Assembly: GCA_051866635.1 (NCBI GenBank)
Contig: JBJDXJ010000017.1
Location: 1 to 15,688 of the forward strand
Reading direction: 5' to 3'
Source of the DNA: Clostridia bacterium
GTDB taxonomy: Bacteria; Bacillota; Clostridia; UMGS1883
Length of the DNA stretch: 15,688 bases
Under the pieces are notes generated by a model. The model did not search any database. It was not told the origin of the DNA and saw only the letters and a program-made list of their open reading frames with translations. The translations under genes and the position numbers were made by a program. Below, piece by piece: positions 1 to 7,879 of the stretch; position 1 is the stretch's first letter; the number at the start of each line of letters is the position of its first letter.

Positions 1-16
1 GGCATTGCCTTTTTTG

Positions 17-41
17 AACCACGCCACTATGGCGTGGTTTT
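17..41 (+). terminator. Intrinsic terminator-like hairpin, probably for a convergent gene left of the window
   Basis: aaccacgcca (17-26) / tggcgtggtt (30-39) is a perfect 10-bp stem with a 3-nt loop; T-rich sequence follows on the + strand. Confidence 0.55.
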
Positions 42-53
42 CGTTTACACAAT

Positions 54-86
54 AAAATGGCTATGACAATTGTCATAGCCATTTTT
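54..86. terminator. Perfect 32-bp palindrome; likely bidirectional terminator of the cohesin/dockerin operon
   Basis: aaaatggctatgacaattgtcatagccatttt (54-85) is its own reverse complement. It lies 11 nt past the stop of the 702-aa gene and has T-runs on both strands. Confidence 0.75.
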
Positions 87-96
87 GTATTAAGTT

Positions 97-2205
97 TTAC
101 TTTACTTCAACTGTATTACTTAAATCCTTCATACCCTCAAAACTGTTCCATACAAAGGCTTTAAGTACTGCACCCTCTGTGCCTGTGAGCTTACCGCCAA
201 ATACAACGCTCTGACCCTTTGCAAATTCTGACTTCATATATGTCATATCTACAAAGACTCCGTCCTTGTACACCGCAATTATTATCGTATCCTTTTCATT
301 GCGGTCTGTGTTTTTAGTAACGCTCACTTCTGCATAGAAACTGCCGTTCCTTACTTCACCTGTAAGATAGTTTACGGTATAATCCATCACTTCTGTTGTT
401 TCACTTTCCACCTTAACAACGCCGTTTACAATTTCTACATTAAGCTCGTTAAGTATCTGGTCAGTGGGAACATCATATTCGTCATAGGAAAGCGTTACGG
501 GGATTTCGCCTTCTGCATCTTCAGATACAAGGAATTTTACAGTAAACGCTTCCCCTGTTCCTGTTACATTTGAGGGGTTTACCCAGTAAGCTGTTACAGT
601 GTCAAATCTGCTCAAATCGCCGCCCTGCTGAATGTTACTTGTAATTGTACCGGATGTAAGTGCACCGCCCTGTGTTATTGAAACAGGTGTCAGTTTTTCT
701 TTGTCGTAACCAAGCTGAAGGTTAAAGCCTGCAACGCCTGTATTCTTTGTTATTGACACAGGAATATCAACATATTCCCCTGCCTTTGCACTTACTTCTC
801 CTACTTCAAATGTGATTTCTCCCTGTCCGAACAAATCTACATTGAAAAGGGAAACATCCCACTTTGCAAGGTACTGGCTAAGGCGTACACCGTCCTTTGT
901 GTTTACAACTCCGTCACTGTAAACATCCGCGGCTTTAAGTTCGTAAGCATTAAGAGAAACTTCCCACTTTGCAAGGTACTGGCTAAGACGTACTCCGTCC
1001 TTTGTATTGACAATACCGTCTTGGTAAACATCGCCCATTACAATATTTTTAACTGTAACAGCACCGTTTGTAATTTCAAGTGCAACATCATCATAATCCT
1101 GATTTGTAATATCGCCTTCTTCATATGTGATTGTTACGGGGATTTCGCCTTCTTCTGCTCCTTCGGCAACTTTAAATGTTACATTAAGTATTTCACCGTT
1201 ATTGGTCACATTGGAAGGATTCTGCCAGTATGCTGTCACAAATTCATATGCACTCATGTCACCGCCCTGCTGAATGTTACTTGTAAGTGTACCGGCAGTT
1301 AACGCACTGCCCTTTTCTATTGAGACAGGTGTCAGAAGGGTTTTGTCGTAATTTATTGTAAGGTTAAAGCCTGCAATGCCTACGTTGTTTGAAATTGATA
1401 TGGGGATAGTTACCGTTTCACCTGCTTTTGCGGTAACTGTGCCAACTGTAATGGAGGCGGCGTTTGTAGGTTCATCTTTCTTAGTTACTGTTACAGTACA
1501 AGTAGCTTCTTTCCCTCCGTCTGCCGTTGTAACTGTAATTGTAGCAGTTCCTGCCGCCTTTGCTGTCACTTTGCCATTTGACACTGTTGCAACGCTTTCA
1601 TCTGATGATTTCCAAGTAACTGTCTTATTTGTTGCATTGTCAGGTGTAACTGTTGCAATTAATGTTTCACTGTCGCCCACTGTAAGATTTGCGGTTGTCT
1701 TGTTGAGGCTTACACCTGTTACAGAAACCTGTGTACTTTCTTCGGCAATTGAAATTGTTTTTTCGGCATTTGTACAAGTAAGATAATTTGTATCTATGTC
1801 AGCCAACTTAAATTTTTCCGTTGAAAAGCTTGCCGTTCCTGCATTTGTCAGCTTAAATGTGGCAGTTAACATAACTCCACCGCTTGACGATACCGTTTCG
1901 CTGCCTGCAAAATTCATTCTTATTTTGTTCACAGCATAGGTTTTATTTACCGTCTTTGAAAAGGCGGCAATAACATCGCCTGCCACAGCGTCAATAAGTT
2001 CCATCTTCGTATTGTCATAAACAAGGTTAAAACTGCCGCCTGCCGCATTTGTGTTTTCAGGAAGTGATACCGTAACTGTTACACTATCACCCACTTTTCC
2101 GCCTTCTGCCTTAATGATGGGTTGAAATGCCGCCGCATAGCATATATTGCCGAGAGACATCAATAACATACAAGTTATTATGATGCCGCTTAATATTTTT
2201 TTCAT
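97..2205 (-). CDS. Secreted scaffoldin-like protein: signal peptide, cohesin 1, Big_2 Ig-like domain, cohesin 2, dockerin, cohesin 3, ~95-aa unknown C-terminal domain
   Basis: RBS AAGGGGGAG precedes the ATG, and the N-terminus is a signal peptide (MKKILSGIIITCMLLMSLGNICYA). Three cohesin-like segments are visible (GDSVTVTVS..GGSFNLVYDNTKMEL; AKAGETVTIPISI..GIAGFNLTINYDKTLL; AKAGEYVDIPVSI..GVAGFNLQLGYDKEKL). The Big_2 motif reads VTGVSLNKTT..VTWKSSDESVATV. The dockerin repeat is duplicated (GDVYQDGIVNTKD..ADVYSDGVVNTKD). Confidence 0.88.
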   Translation of the reverse strand: MKKILSGIIITCMLLMSLGNICYAAAFQPIIKAEGGKVGDSVTVTVSLPENTNAAGGSFNLVYDNTKMELIDAVAGDVIAAFSKTVNKTYAVNKIRMNFAGSETVSSSGGVMLTATFKLTNAGTASFSTEKFKLADIDTNYLTCTNAEKTISIAEESTQVSVTGVSLNKTTANLTVGDSETLIATVTPDNATNKTVTWKSSDESVATVSNGKVTAKAAGTATITVTTADGGKEATCTVTVTKKDEPTNAASITVGTVTAKAGETVTIPISISNNVGIAGFNLTINYDKTLLTPVSIEKGSALTAGTLTSNIQQGGDMSAYEFVTAYWQNPSNVTNNGEILNVTFKVAEGAEEGEIPVTITYEEGDITNQDYDDVALEITNGAVTVKNIVMGDVYQDGIVNTKDGVRLSQYLAKWEVSLNAYELKAADVYSDGVVNTKDGVRLSQYLAKWDVSLFNVDLFGQGEITFEVGEVSAKAGEYVDIPVSITKNTGVAGFNLQLGYDKEKLTPVSITQGGALTSGTITSNIQQGGDLSRFDTVTAYWVNPSNVTGTGEAFTVKFLVSEDAEGEIPVTLSYDEYDVPTDQILNELNVEIVNGVVKVESETTEVMDYTVNYLTGEVRNGSFYAEVSVTKNTDRNEKDTIIIAVYKDGVFVDMTYMKSEFAKGQSVVFGGKLTGTEGAVLKAFVWNSFEGMKDLSNTVEVK

Positions 2206-2224
2206 TCAAAACTCCCCCTTTTCC

Positions 2225-5200
2225 TTAGTTAAATGATGATATAAGACCGCTGTCATACTTTAAAATAAGTATTGCATCTACAAAGTCAACATCGCCGTCG
2301 CCGTTTACATCTGCCGCCTTTAAGCTGTCTCCCGCAAGGGTAGTTACCCCTGCGTCATACTTTAAAATAAGTATTGCGTCTGCAAAGTCAACATCTCCGT
2401 CGCCGTTTACGTCACCTTTAACAATAGAAGGTTCAGCTTCTGTAACCGTTACTTTACATGTTGCTGTAAATTCGCCGTCAGACGTTGTAACTGTAATTGT
2501 AGCCGTGCCTGCCGCCTTCGCTGTTACTTTTCCGTTTTCAACTGTTGCTACACTTGTGTTTGATGATTCCCATGTAATAGCCTTATTTGTGGCAGTGTCA
2601 GGTGTAACAGTTGCCGTAAGTGTTTCAGTACCGCCAACTGTAAGATTTGCAGTTGTCTTATTGAGGCTTACGCCTGTTACCGAAATATTGTCGTCCTTTT
2701 TTTCAGTAACCGTTACTTTACATGTTGCCGTAAATTCACCTTCGAGTGTTGTAACCGTAATTATTGTTGAACCTACTTTTTTACCTGTTACAACACCATT
2801 TGCTACTGTTGCAACTTCTTCAATTTTGCTTGACCAACTTACTTCAGGATTTGTTGCGTTAACAGGGAGAACCGTTGCTGTAAGTGTATAAGTCCTACCT
2901 TCTTCAACACTTATTTCAAGTTTATCAAGCTCTACTCCCGTTACATCAATTCTGTATTCAGGTACATATCCTGTCAGGTAAGCGTAGCCACTGTTTATAT
3001 CGCTGTCAATGCTCCAGATGTTGTCAAAATCCCATCCCACAAAAGAATCCTTAATTTTTAATGCATCATCGGAAAGAGGGGTACCGCGGTCAATATCGGA
3101 AAGACCTGTCACTGTGCTGTTATAGTAGGAGGAAAGAACTGAGTTTCGTGTGGAACTGTTGCTTCCACCAATAAGACCACCTCTGTTTGAGCCTGTAACC
3201 TCACCGTTGGAATAACAGAAGTTAATTGCAGTATATCCATAATTACCATTATACACCTGCGTATATCCGACGAGACCGCCGGTGTATATTGTTGGTCCGT
3301 TACTCCATGTTTCACCGGTAACCTTGCCTACAGCAAAGCTGTTTCTTATTGTTGCCGTTGTGCCTGAATTGTTGTTATATAAATAACCGACTAAACCTCC
3401 GGCGTGGGCACCGTTTACGCTACCTGTTGCATAGCTTGCTTCAACGAGAGCATTGTGCACAAAGCCAACAAGTCCACCTGTTCTGCTGCCGTAGGAGTCT
3501 ACTTTAGCAGAGGAGTTTGAATATCTTATCTTGCCCGGGTTTTGGTGATAACCTACCAAACCACCTACATATCGTGATTCTCCATGTGTCCAGCTTTCAA
3601 CAAGACCGAAGGAGGAGCAGTTTTCAATAGTACCGGCATTTAATCCGCATAGAAGCCCTGTATATTCTGCCCCTTTAAAGTAACCTTCAACATTTAAGTT
3701 CTTGATTGTACCTTCGTTACTACCGAACAAGCCTGTATACTGATATTCACTGTTTGACAATTTAAGCCCCGAAATTGTATATCCGTTACCGTCGAATATA
3801 CCTTTGAACACCGTTCGTCCGTTACCGCCGATGGGCGTCCAATGTTCAGCTGTTATTTCAATGTCGTTTTGAAGCTGATAGTAAAAATTTGTTGTAAGGT
3901 CATATGTTTCAAGGACCAATGTCCACAAATCCTCTTCCGTTTCAATCAGGTATGGGTCTTCCTCGTCACCATATCCCTCGAGGTAATGTGTTTTAGCTTT
4001 TCCGTTTACGTTATGGTAAGGATAGCCGTTATTTACCGAAGGGTCAATTGCCCATATGTTTTTAAAGTTCCACATATAGTACAATTCTTCTGTTGCCATC
4101 TGTCCAAGGCTTGCGGAAAAACCGATTCTATTGCCGGTATTCGCTCCGTTATAATAGCTGTACCTTACATGTACACGGTCACGTGTATTATGGTCACCAA
4201 CAAGACCACCGCCTGTGCCGTTATTTATAAGACCTGTTGCATAACAATATTCAACATGGATATATCCATAGTTACCATTGTTTACCTTGGCATAACCAAC
4301 AAGGCCGCCGGTGTATATTGTTGGTCCTCCGCTCCATGTTTCACCGGTTACAGCACCTGTCGCATAGCTGTTTCTTATTGTTGCTGTTGTGCTTGAATCA
4401 TTGTTATATAAATAACCGACTAAACCTCCGGCGTGGGCACCGTTTACGCTACCTGTTGCATAGCTTGCTTCAACGAGAGCATTGTGCACAAAGCCAACAA
4501 GTCCACCTGTTCTGCTACCGTAGGAATTTACAGTAGCAGATGAGTTTGCATCAATTATTTTCCCTGGGTTTTGGTGATAGCCTACCAAACCACCTACATA
4601 TCGTGATTCCCCATGTGTCCAGCTTTCAACAAGACCGGAGGAGGAGCAGTTTTCAATAGTGCCGGTATTTAATCCGCATAGAAGTCCTGTAAATTCTGCA
4701 CCTTGAAAATCACCTTCAACATTTAAGTTTTTGATTGTACCTTCATTACAACCAAACAAGCCTGTATACTGGTATTCGCTATTTGACAGTGTAAGTCCCG
4801 AAATTGTATATCCGTTGCCATCAAATATACCTTTAAATGCATTTGTTGCATTGCCACCGATAGGAGTCCAGAAATTTGCGGTAACTTCAATATCATTCAT
4901 CAGCTTGTAAAAATGTTTGATGGATAAATCATAGTTGCCGTATGTGTCAAGTACAAGGGCACGCAAATCCTTTTCAGTGTAAATAAGGTAAGGATTATCC
5001 TCTTCACCGTTGCCTTTCAAAACGGTTTTCGGTGTTTCCCCACGTACATCAATGTGTGGGTAAGAGGTATTAACACCCTTAGTTATCTGCCATATATTAT
5101 CAAAATCCCATCCGTAGAAGGTTTCCTGCTTCTTTAAGTCAGCTGTAGACACTGCAAAACCAATGCGGTTGCCCGTGTTTGTATTGTTGTAATAACAGTA

Positions 5201-7348
5201 TCTTATTCTGTTTCTGTCACGTGTATTGTGACCGCCCAGTAAACCGCCGTTTGTGCCGCCAGTTACAAGACCACGGGCATAACAGTATTCAATATGGACG
5301 TATCCATAATTACCATTGTATACCTTGCTATAACCAACAAGACCTCCTGTATAGTTACTGCCGTTAACCTTACCCATTGCATAACAGTTTGAAATTGTTG
5401 CAACCGTACTTGAGCTGCCATTTTCAACATATCCAACAAAACCTCCGGCATTAGAACCTGTTACATCACCTGTTGCATAGCTGTACTTAATGGTGCCGTT
5501 ATAATGGTAGCCTACAAGACCTCCGGCATTTGCACCGGGTGCTTCAACAAAGGCAGAAGAGCCGCATTTTGTAATAACACCCCGGTTATTACCCACAAGA
5601 CCACCCACATCACGTGAGTTTGTATCATTCGTCACCTTATAATCTTCGTCTTCGATATAGGTATAACAATTATCAATTGTTCCGCTGTTATATCCGCAAA
5701 GAATACCGGTGTACACATTGCCGCTGAACCAACCTTCAACATTTAAGTTTTTAATTGTACCGTAATTGTACCCAAACAAACCTGTTCCGTTATAATAGCA
5801 ATTGTCAAGATGTACACCTGTTATGCTGTAACCGTTGCCGTCAAACACGCCTGTAAAGCCGCCTGTTGAGTCAACACCGATAGGTGTCCAGAAATTTGCC
5901 GTAACAGCAATGTCATTTGCCATTTTATAATGTGCACCAAGTGCATTGGGTAGCTTTTGTGATGCAATATAGCAAAGCTGTTTTTCGTTTGTCACTATGT
6001 AAGGGCTTGCCTCTGTGCCTTCGCCTTCAATATCTATTGTTATTTTCCCACGTAAATCAATGTAAGGGTAACCTCCGTTCTTATCGGAAGCAATGTTCCA
6101 CACGTGTTCAAAATCCCAGTCATAGAAATTTGTCTTATCGGTAAATTTCAAAAGGGACATACTGTGACCGTATTCATTCGTCTCATTAACAGTATTAAAG
6201 TAGGAATATTTAATAAGCACTCTGTCCTGACTTGATATACCGCTTGTAAGGCCGCCCTTGGAATTACCCTTTGTAATAACGCCCTTGGCATAGCAGTATT
6301 CAATAGTTGCATATCCATAGCTATTGTTGTATACTTTGGCATAACCTACTATGCCGCCTACTGTATTTCCGCCCTTAATTTTACCTAAAGAATAGCAGTT
6401 TGAAATTTTTGCATGAGTAGATGTACTGTTATTGTACATATAACCTGTAATACCGCCTACGGTATCACCAACTAAACCACCATCGTCAGCCTCTTCAACA
6501 TCTGCAGTTGAAGCACAGTATTCAATAACACCGTTAAGATTATAGCCTGCAATACCGCCTACAGTGGAGCTTGGTGCATCAATCAAAACTGCCGAGCTAC
6601 AGTTTGTAATTGTGCCGCCGCTGTTGTAACCTACAAGACCGCCGATGTATTTATTTTCGGCAGTTGTAATTGAACCTGTGGAATGACAGTTTTCAATTCT
6701 GCCGTAGTTCGTTGCACAAAGCGTACCTGTATTTGTTGCAACTTCTTCAATTGTCACATTTACATTAAGGTTCTTAATTAAACCCTTGTTCTGTCCGAAA
6801 ACACCGCTCATAGCAGTAGACTGAAACAATTTTGTGCTTGAAATGGTATGTCCGTTACCGTCAAACACGCCTGTAAACGGGTCATATGCACCGACAGGTG
6901 CCCATGTATCAGCAGTAAGTACAATATCAGATTGCAAGGACCAATATGCACTCATACCGCCATCCACGTTACCTACCGCAAAGCTTATAAGCTGTGCTTC
7001 TGTGTAAACAAGGTACGGGTCCTCCTCAGTACCGCTGCCTGTAATGCCTTGAGAAGCAGCATCGCCAAACAGTTGCACATCATCAGCCTGCTTCAAAATA
7101 GCTTCATCAAAAATTTCCTGAATCTCCTTTTCAAAGGCTTTTTCATCAGGTGGCGAAAGATGAAAAACTTCTTCTGTGCTTTCTTCTGCGACATATGATT
7201 CTTCACCTGTTTCTGCCGTCACTTCTTCCGCAATTTCAGTTTCTACATCGGAACTATCTTCCTCTGCCAATACGCCCACACTTGTCAATGAAAAAATCAT
7301 TGCAATTGCAAGCAAAACCGAAATAATTCTTTTACTTTGCTCTTTCAT
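2225..7348 (-). CDS. Large secreted GLUG-repeat (predicted beta-helix) protein with two Big_2 domains and a C-terminal dockerin; no catalytic domain recognised
   Basis: ATG at 7348 is preferred over the GTG at 7354 because GGAGGA (7355-7360) lies 6 nt upstream. A signal peptide is followed by an acidic pro-like region. Many GG(L/I)(V/A)G GLUG motifs form four modules, each starting G-x-G-x-E-x-x-PY. Two VTGV-x-L..VATV Ig repeats follow. The C-terminus is a dockerin (GDVNGDGDVDFADA..ADVNGDGDVDFVDA). Confidence 0.9.
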   Translation of the reverse strand: MKEQSKRIISVLLAIAMIFSLTSVGVLAEEDSSDVETEIAEEVTAETGEESYVAEESTEEVFHLSPPDEKAFEKEIQEIFDEAILKQADDVQLFGDAASQGITGSGTEEDPYLVYTEAQLISFAVGNVDGGMSAYWSLQSDIVLTADTWAPVGAYDPFTGVFDGNGHTISSTKLFQSTAMSGVFGQNKGLIKNLNVNVTIEEVATNTGTLCATNYGRIENCHSTGSITTAENKYIGGLVGYNSGGTITNCSSAVLIDAPSSTVGGIAGYNLNGVIEYCASTADVEEADDGGLVGDTVGGITGYMYNNSTSTHAKISNCYSLGKIKGGNTVGGIVGYAKVYNNSYGYATIEYCYAKGVITKGNSKGGLTSGISSQDRVLIKYSYFNTVNETNEYGHSMSLLKFTDKTNFYDWDFEHVWNIASDKNGGYPYIDLRGKITIDIEGEGTEASPYIVTNEKQLCYIASQKLPNALGAHYKMANDIAVTANFWTPIGVDSTGGFTGVFDGNGYSITGVHLDNCYYNGTGLFGYNYGTIKNLNVEGWFSGNVYTGILCGYNSGTIDNCYTYIEDEDYKVTNDTNSRDVGGLVGNNRGVITKCGSSAFVEAPGANAGGLVGYHYNGTIKYSYATGDVTGSNAGGFVGYVENGSSSTVATISNCYAMGKVNGSNYTGGLVGYSKVYNGNYGYVHIEYCYARGLVTGGTNGGLLGGHNTRDRNRIRYCYYNNTNTGNRIGFAVSTADLKKQETFYGWDFDNIWQITKGVNTSYPHIDVRGETPKTVLKGNGEEDNPYLIYTEKDLRALVLDTYGNYDLSIKHFYKLMNDIEVTANFWTPIGGNATNAFKGIFDGNGYTISGLTLSNSEYQYTGLFGCNEGTIKNLNVEGDFQGAEFTGLLCGLNTGTIENCSSSGLVESWTHGESRYVGGLVGYHQNPGKIIDANSSATVNSYGSRTGGLVGFVHNALVEASYATGSVNGAHAGGLVGYLYNNDSSTTATIRNSYATGAVTGETWSGGPTIYTGGLVGYAKVNNGNYGYIHVEYCYATGLINNGTGGGLVGDHNTRDRVHVRYSYYNGANTGNRIGFSASLGQMATEELYYMWNFKNIWAIDPSVNNGYPYHNVNGKAKTHYLEGYGDEEDPYLIETEEDLWTLVLETYDLTTNFYYQLQNDIEITAEHWTPIGGNGRTVFKGIFDGNGYTISGLKLSNSEYQYTGLFGSNEGTIKNLNVEGYFKGAEYTGLLCGLNAGTIENCSSFGLVESWTHGESRYVGGLVGYHQNPGKIRYSNSSAKVDSYGSRTGGLVGFVHNALVEASYATGSVNGAHAGGLVGYLYNNNSGTTATIRNSFAVGKVTGETWSNGPTIYTGGLVGYTQVYNGNYGYTAINFCYSNGEVTGSNRGGLIGGSNSSTRNSVLSSYYNSTVTGLSDIDRGTPLSDDALKIKDSFVGWDFDNIWSIDSDINSGYAYLTGYVPEYRIDVTGVELDKLEISVEEGRTYTLTATVLPVNATNPEVSWSSKIEEVATVANGVVTGKKVGSTIITVTTLEGEFTATCKVTVTEKKDDNISVTGVSLNKTTANLTVGGTETLTATVTPDTATNKAITWESSNTSVATVENGKVTAKAAGTATITVTTSDGEFTATCKVTVTEAEPSIVKGDVNGDGDVDFADAILILKYDAGVTTLAGDSLKAADVNGDGDVDFVDAILILKYDSGLISSFN
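3275..4820 (-). repeat. Intragenic direct repeat: GLUG modules 3 and 4 are highly similar at DNA level (offset 1029 bp)
   Basis: ~3275-3790 aligns with ~4304-4819 without gaps at the points checked. 3372-3487 and 4401-4516 are identical over 116 bp. Confidence 0.9.
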
Positions 7349-7367
7349 ATACACTCCTCCATTTTAA

Positions 7368-7455
7368 TCTCTTTTAGCTCCATTATAATTCTCTTTAAGC
7401 TAATTGTCAATAATATTTTGGTACGTTAAGCTAATCTAAAAGGAGCTGAAAGAGA
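7368..7455. promoter_or_regulatory. Three copies of AGCTNAAAGAGA; candidate operator sites of the adjacent XRE regulator
   Basis: Minus 7379-7368 agctaaaagaga; minus 7401-7390 agcttaaagaga (inside the promoter spacer); plus 7444-7455 agctgaaagaga (between the xre RBS and ATG). Confidence 0.55.
7382..7410 (-). promoter_or_regulatory. Consensus sigma-A promoter for the GLUG/scaffoldin operon
   Basis: Minus strand reads TTGACA (7410-7405) - 17 bp - TATAAT (7387-7382). Confidence 0.85.
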
Positions 7456-7457
7456 CT

Positions 7458-7778
7458 ATGATAAAACAAGGAGCTTTAGGCAATGCCATACGAAATACAA
7501 GGATTGAAAAGAACTTATCTCAGGAACAGTTAGCTGAATTAGTGGATATTACCCCTACCCATCTTAAGCACATTGAAAGCGAGCATAGAAAGCCCTCAAT
7601 CGAAGTGTTGTTCAAATTGGCTGAGGTTCTCCGTTTTTCTATTGACAATCTCATTTATGAAGGGGATTGTGAAGCTGTCAAATACCAAAAGTACGCTGAA
7701 CTTCTTTTAAACGACTGCTCGGTAAAAGAGTTGAAAACAATTATAGATATAATACAGGCACTTCAGAATAACAGATAA
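7458..7778 (+). CDS. XRE/Cro-C1 family helix-turn-helix transcriptional regulator
   Basis: LGNAIRNTRIEKNLSQEQLAELVDITPTHLKHIESEHRKPSIEVLFKLAEVL is a typical HTH_3 motif. RBS AAAGGAG lies upstream, and the gene is divergent from the GLUG operon. Confidence 0.9.
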   Translation: MIKQGALGNAIRNTRIEKNLSQEQLAELVDITPTHLKHIESEHRKPSIEVLFKLAEVLRFSIDNLIYEGDCEAVKYQKYAELLLNDCSVKELKTIIDIIQALQNNR

Positions 7779-7819
7779 AATTTTCCATTTGTTAAAGCGT
7801 TTGTTATATCTCTTGATTA

Positions 7820-7848
7820 TTGACAAAAACCATCCATCGTATTATAAT
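7820..7848 (+). promoter_or_regulatory. Consensus sigma-A promoter of the pyridoxal kinase gene
   Basis: TTGACA (7820-7825) - 17 bp - TATAAT (7843-7848). Confidence 0.8.
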
Positions 7849-7879
7849 TTAAGAAACTTTCACGAAAGAAGCGAAAACA

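Noticed and set aside
3275-4820. Near-identical repeat pair as a possible diversity-generating retroelement TR/VR
   Set aside because: Both copies are in-frame parts of one CDS, the differences inspected are not adenine-specific, and there is no reverse transcriptase in the window.
2225-7348. GLUG protein as an M26/IgA1-type metalloprotease
   Set aside because: No HExxH motif was seen, and the repeat modules plus Ig and dockerin domains account for essentially the whole length.
7349-7354. GTG start at 7354 from the ORF track
   Set aside because: It abuts the GGAGGA RBS with no spacing; ATG at 7348 has a normal 6-nt spacer.
1021-7367. Antisense and alternate-frame ORFs within the two secreted genes (e.g. 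1376-1786, 2505-2891, 3842-4396, 6848-7198)
   Set aside because: They are shadows of repetitive Thr/Val/Gly-rich coding sequence, with no recognisable domains.
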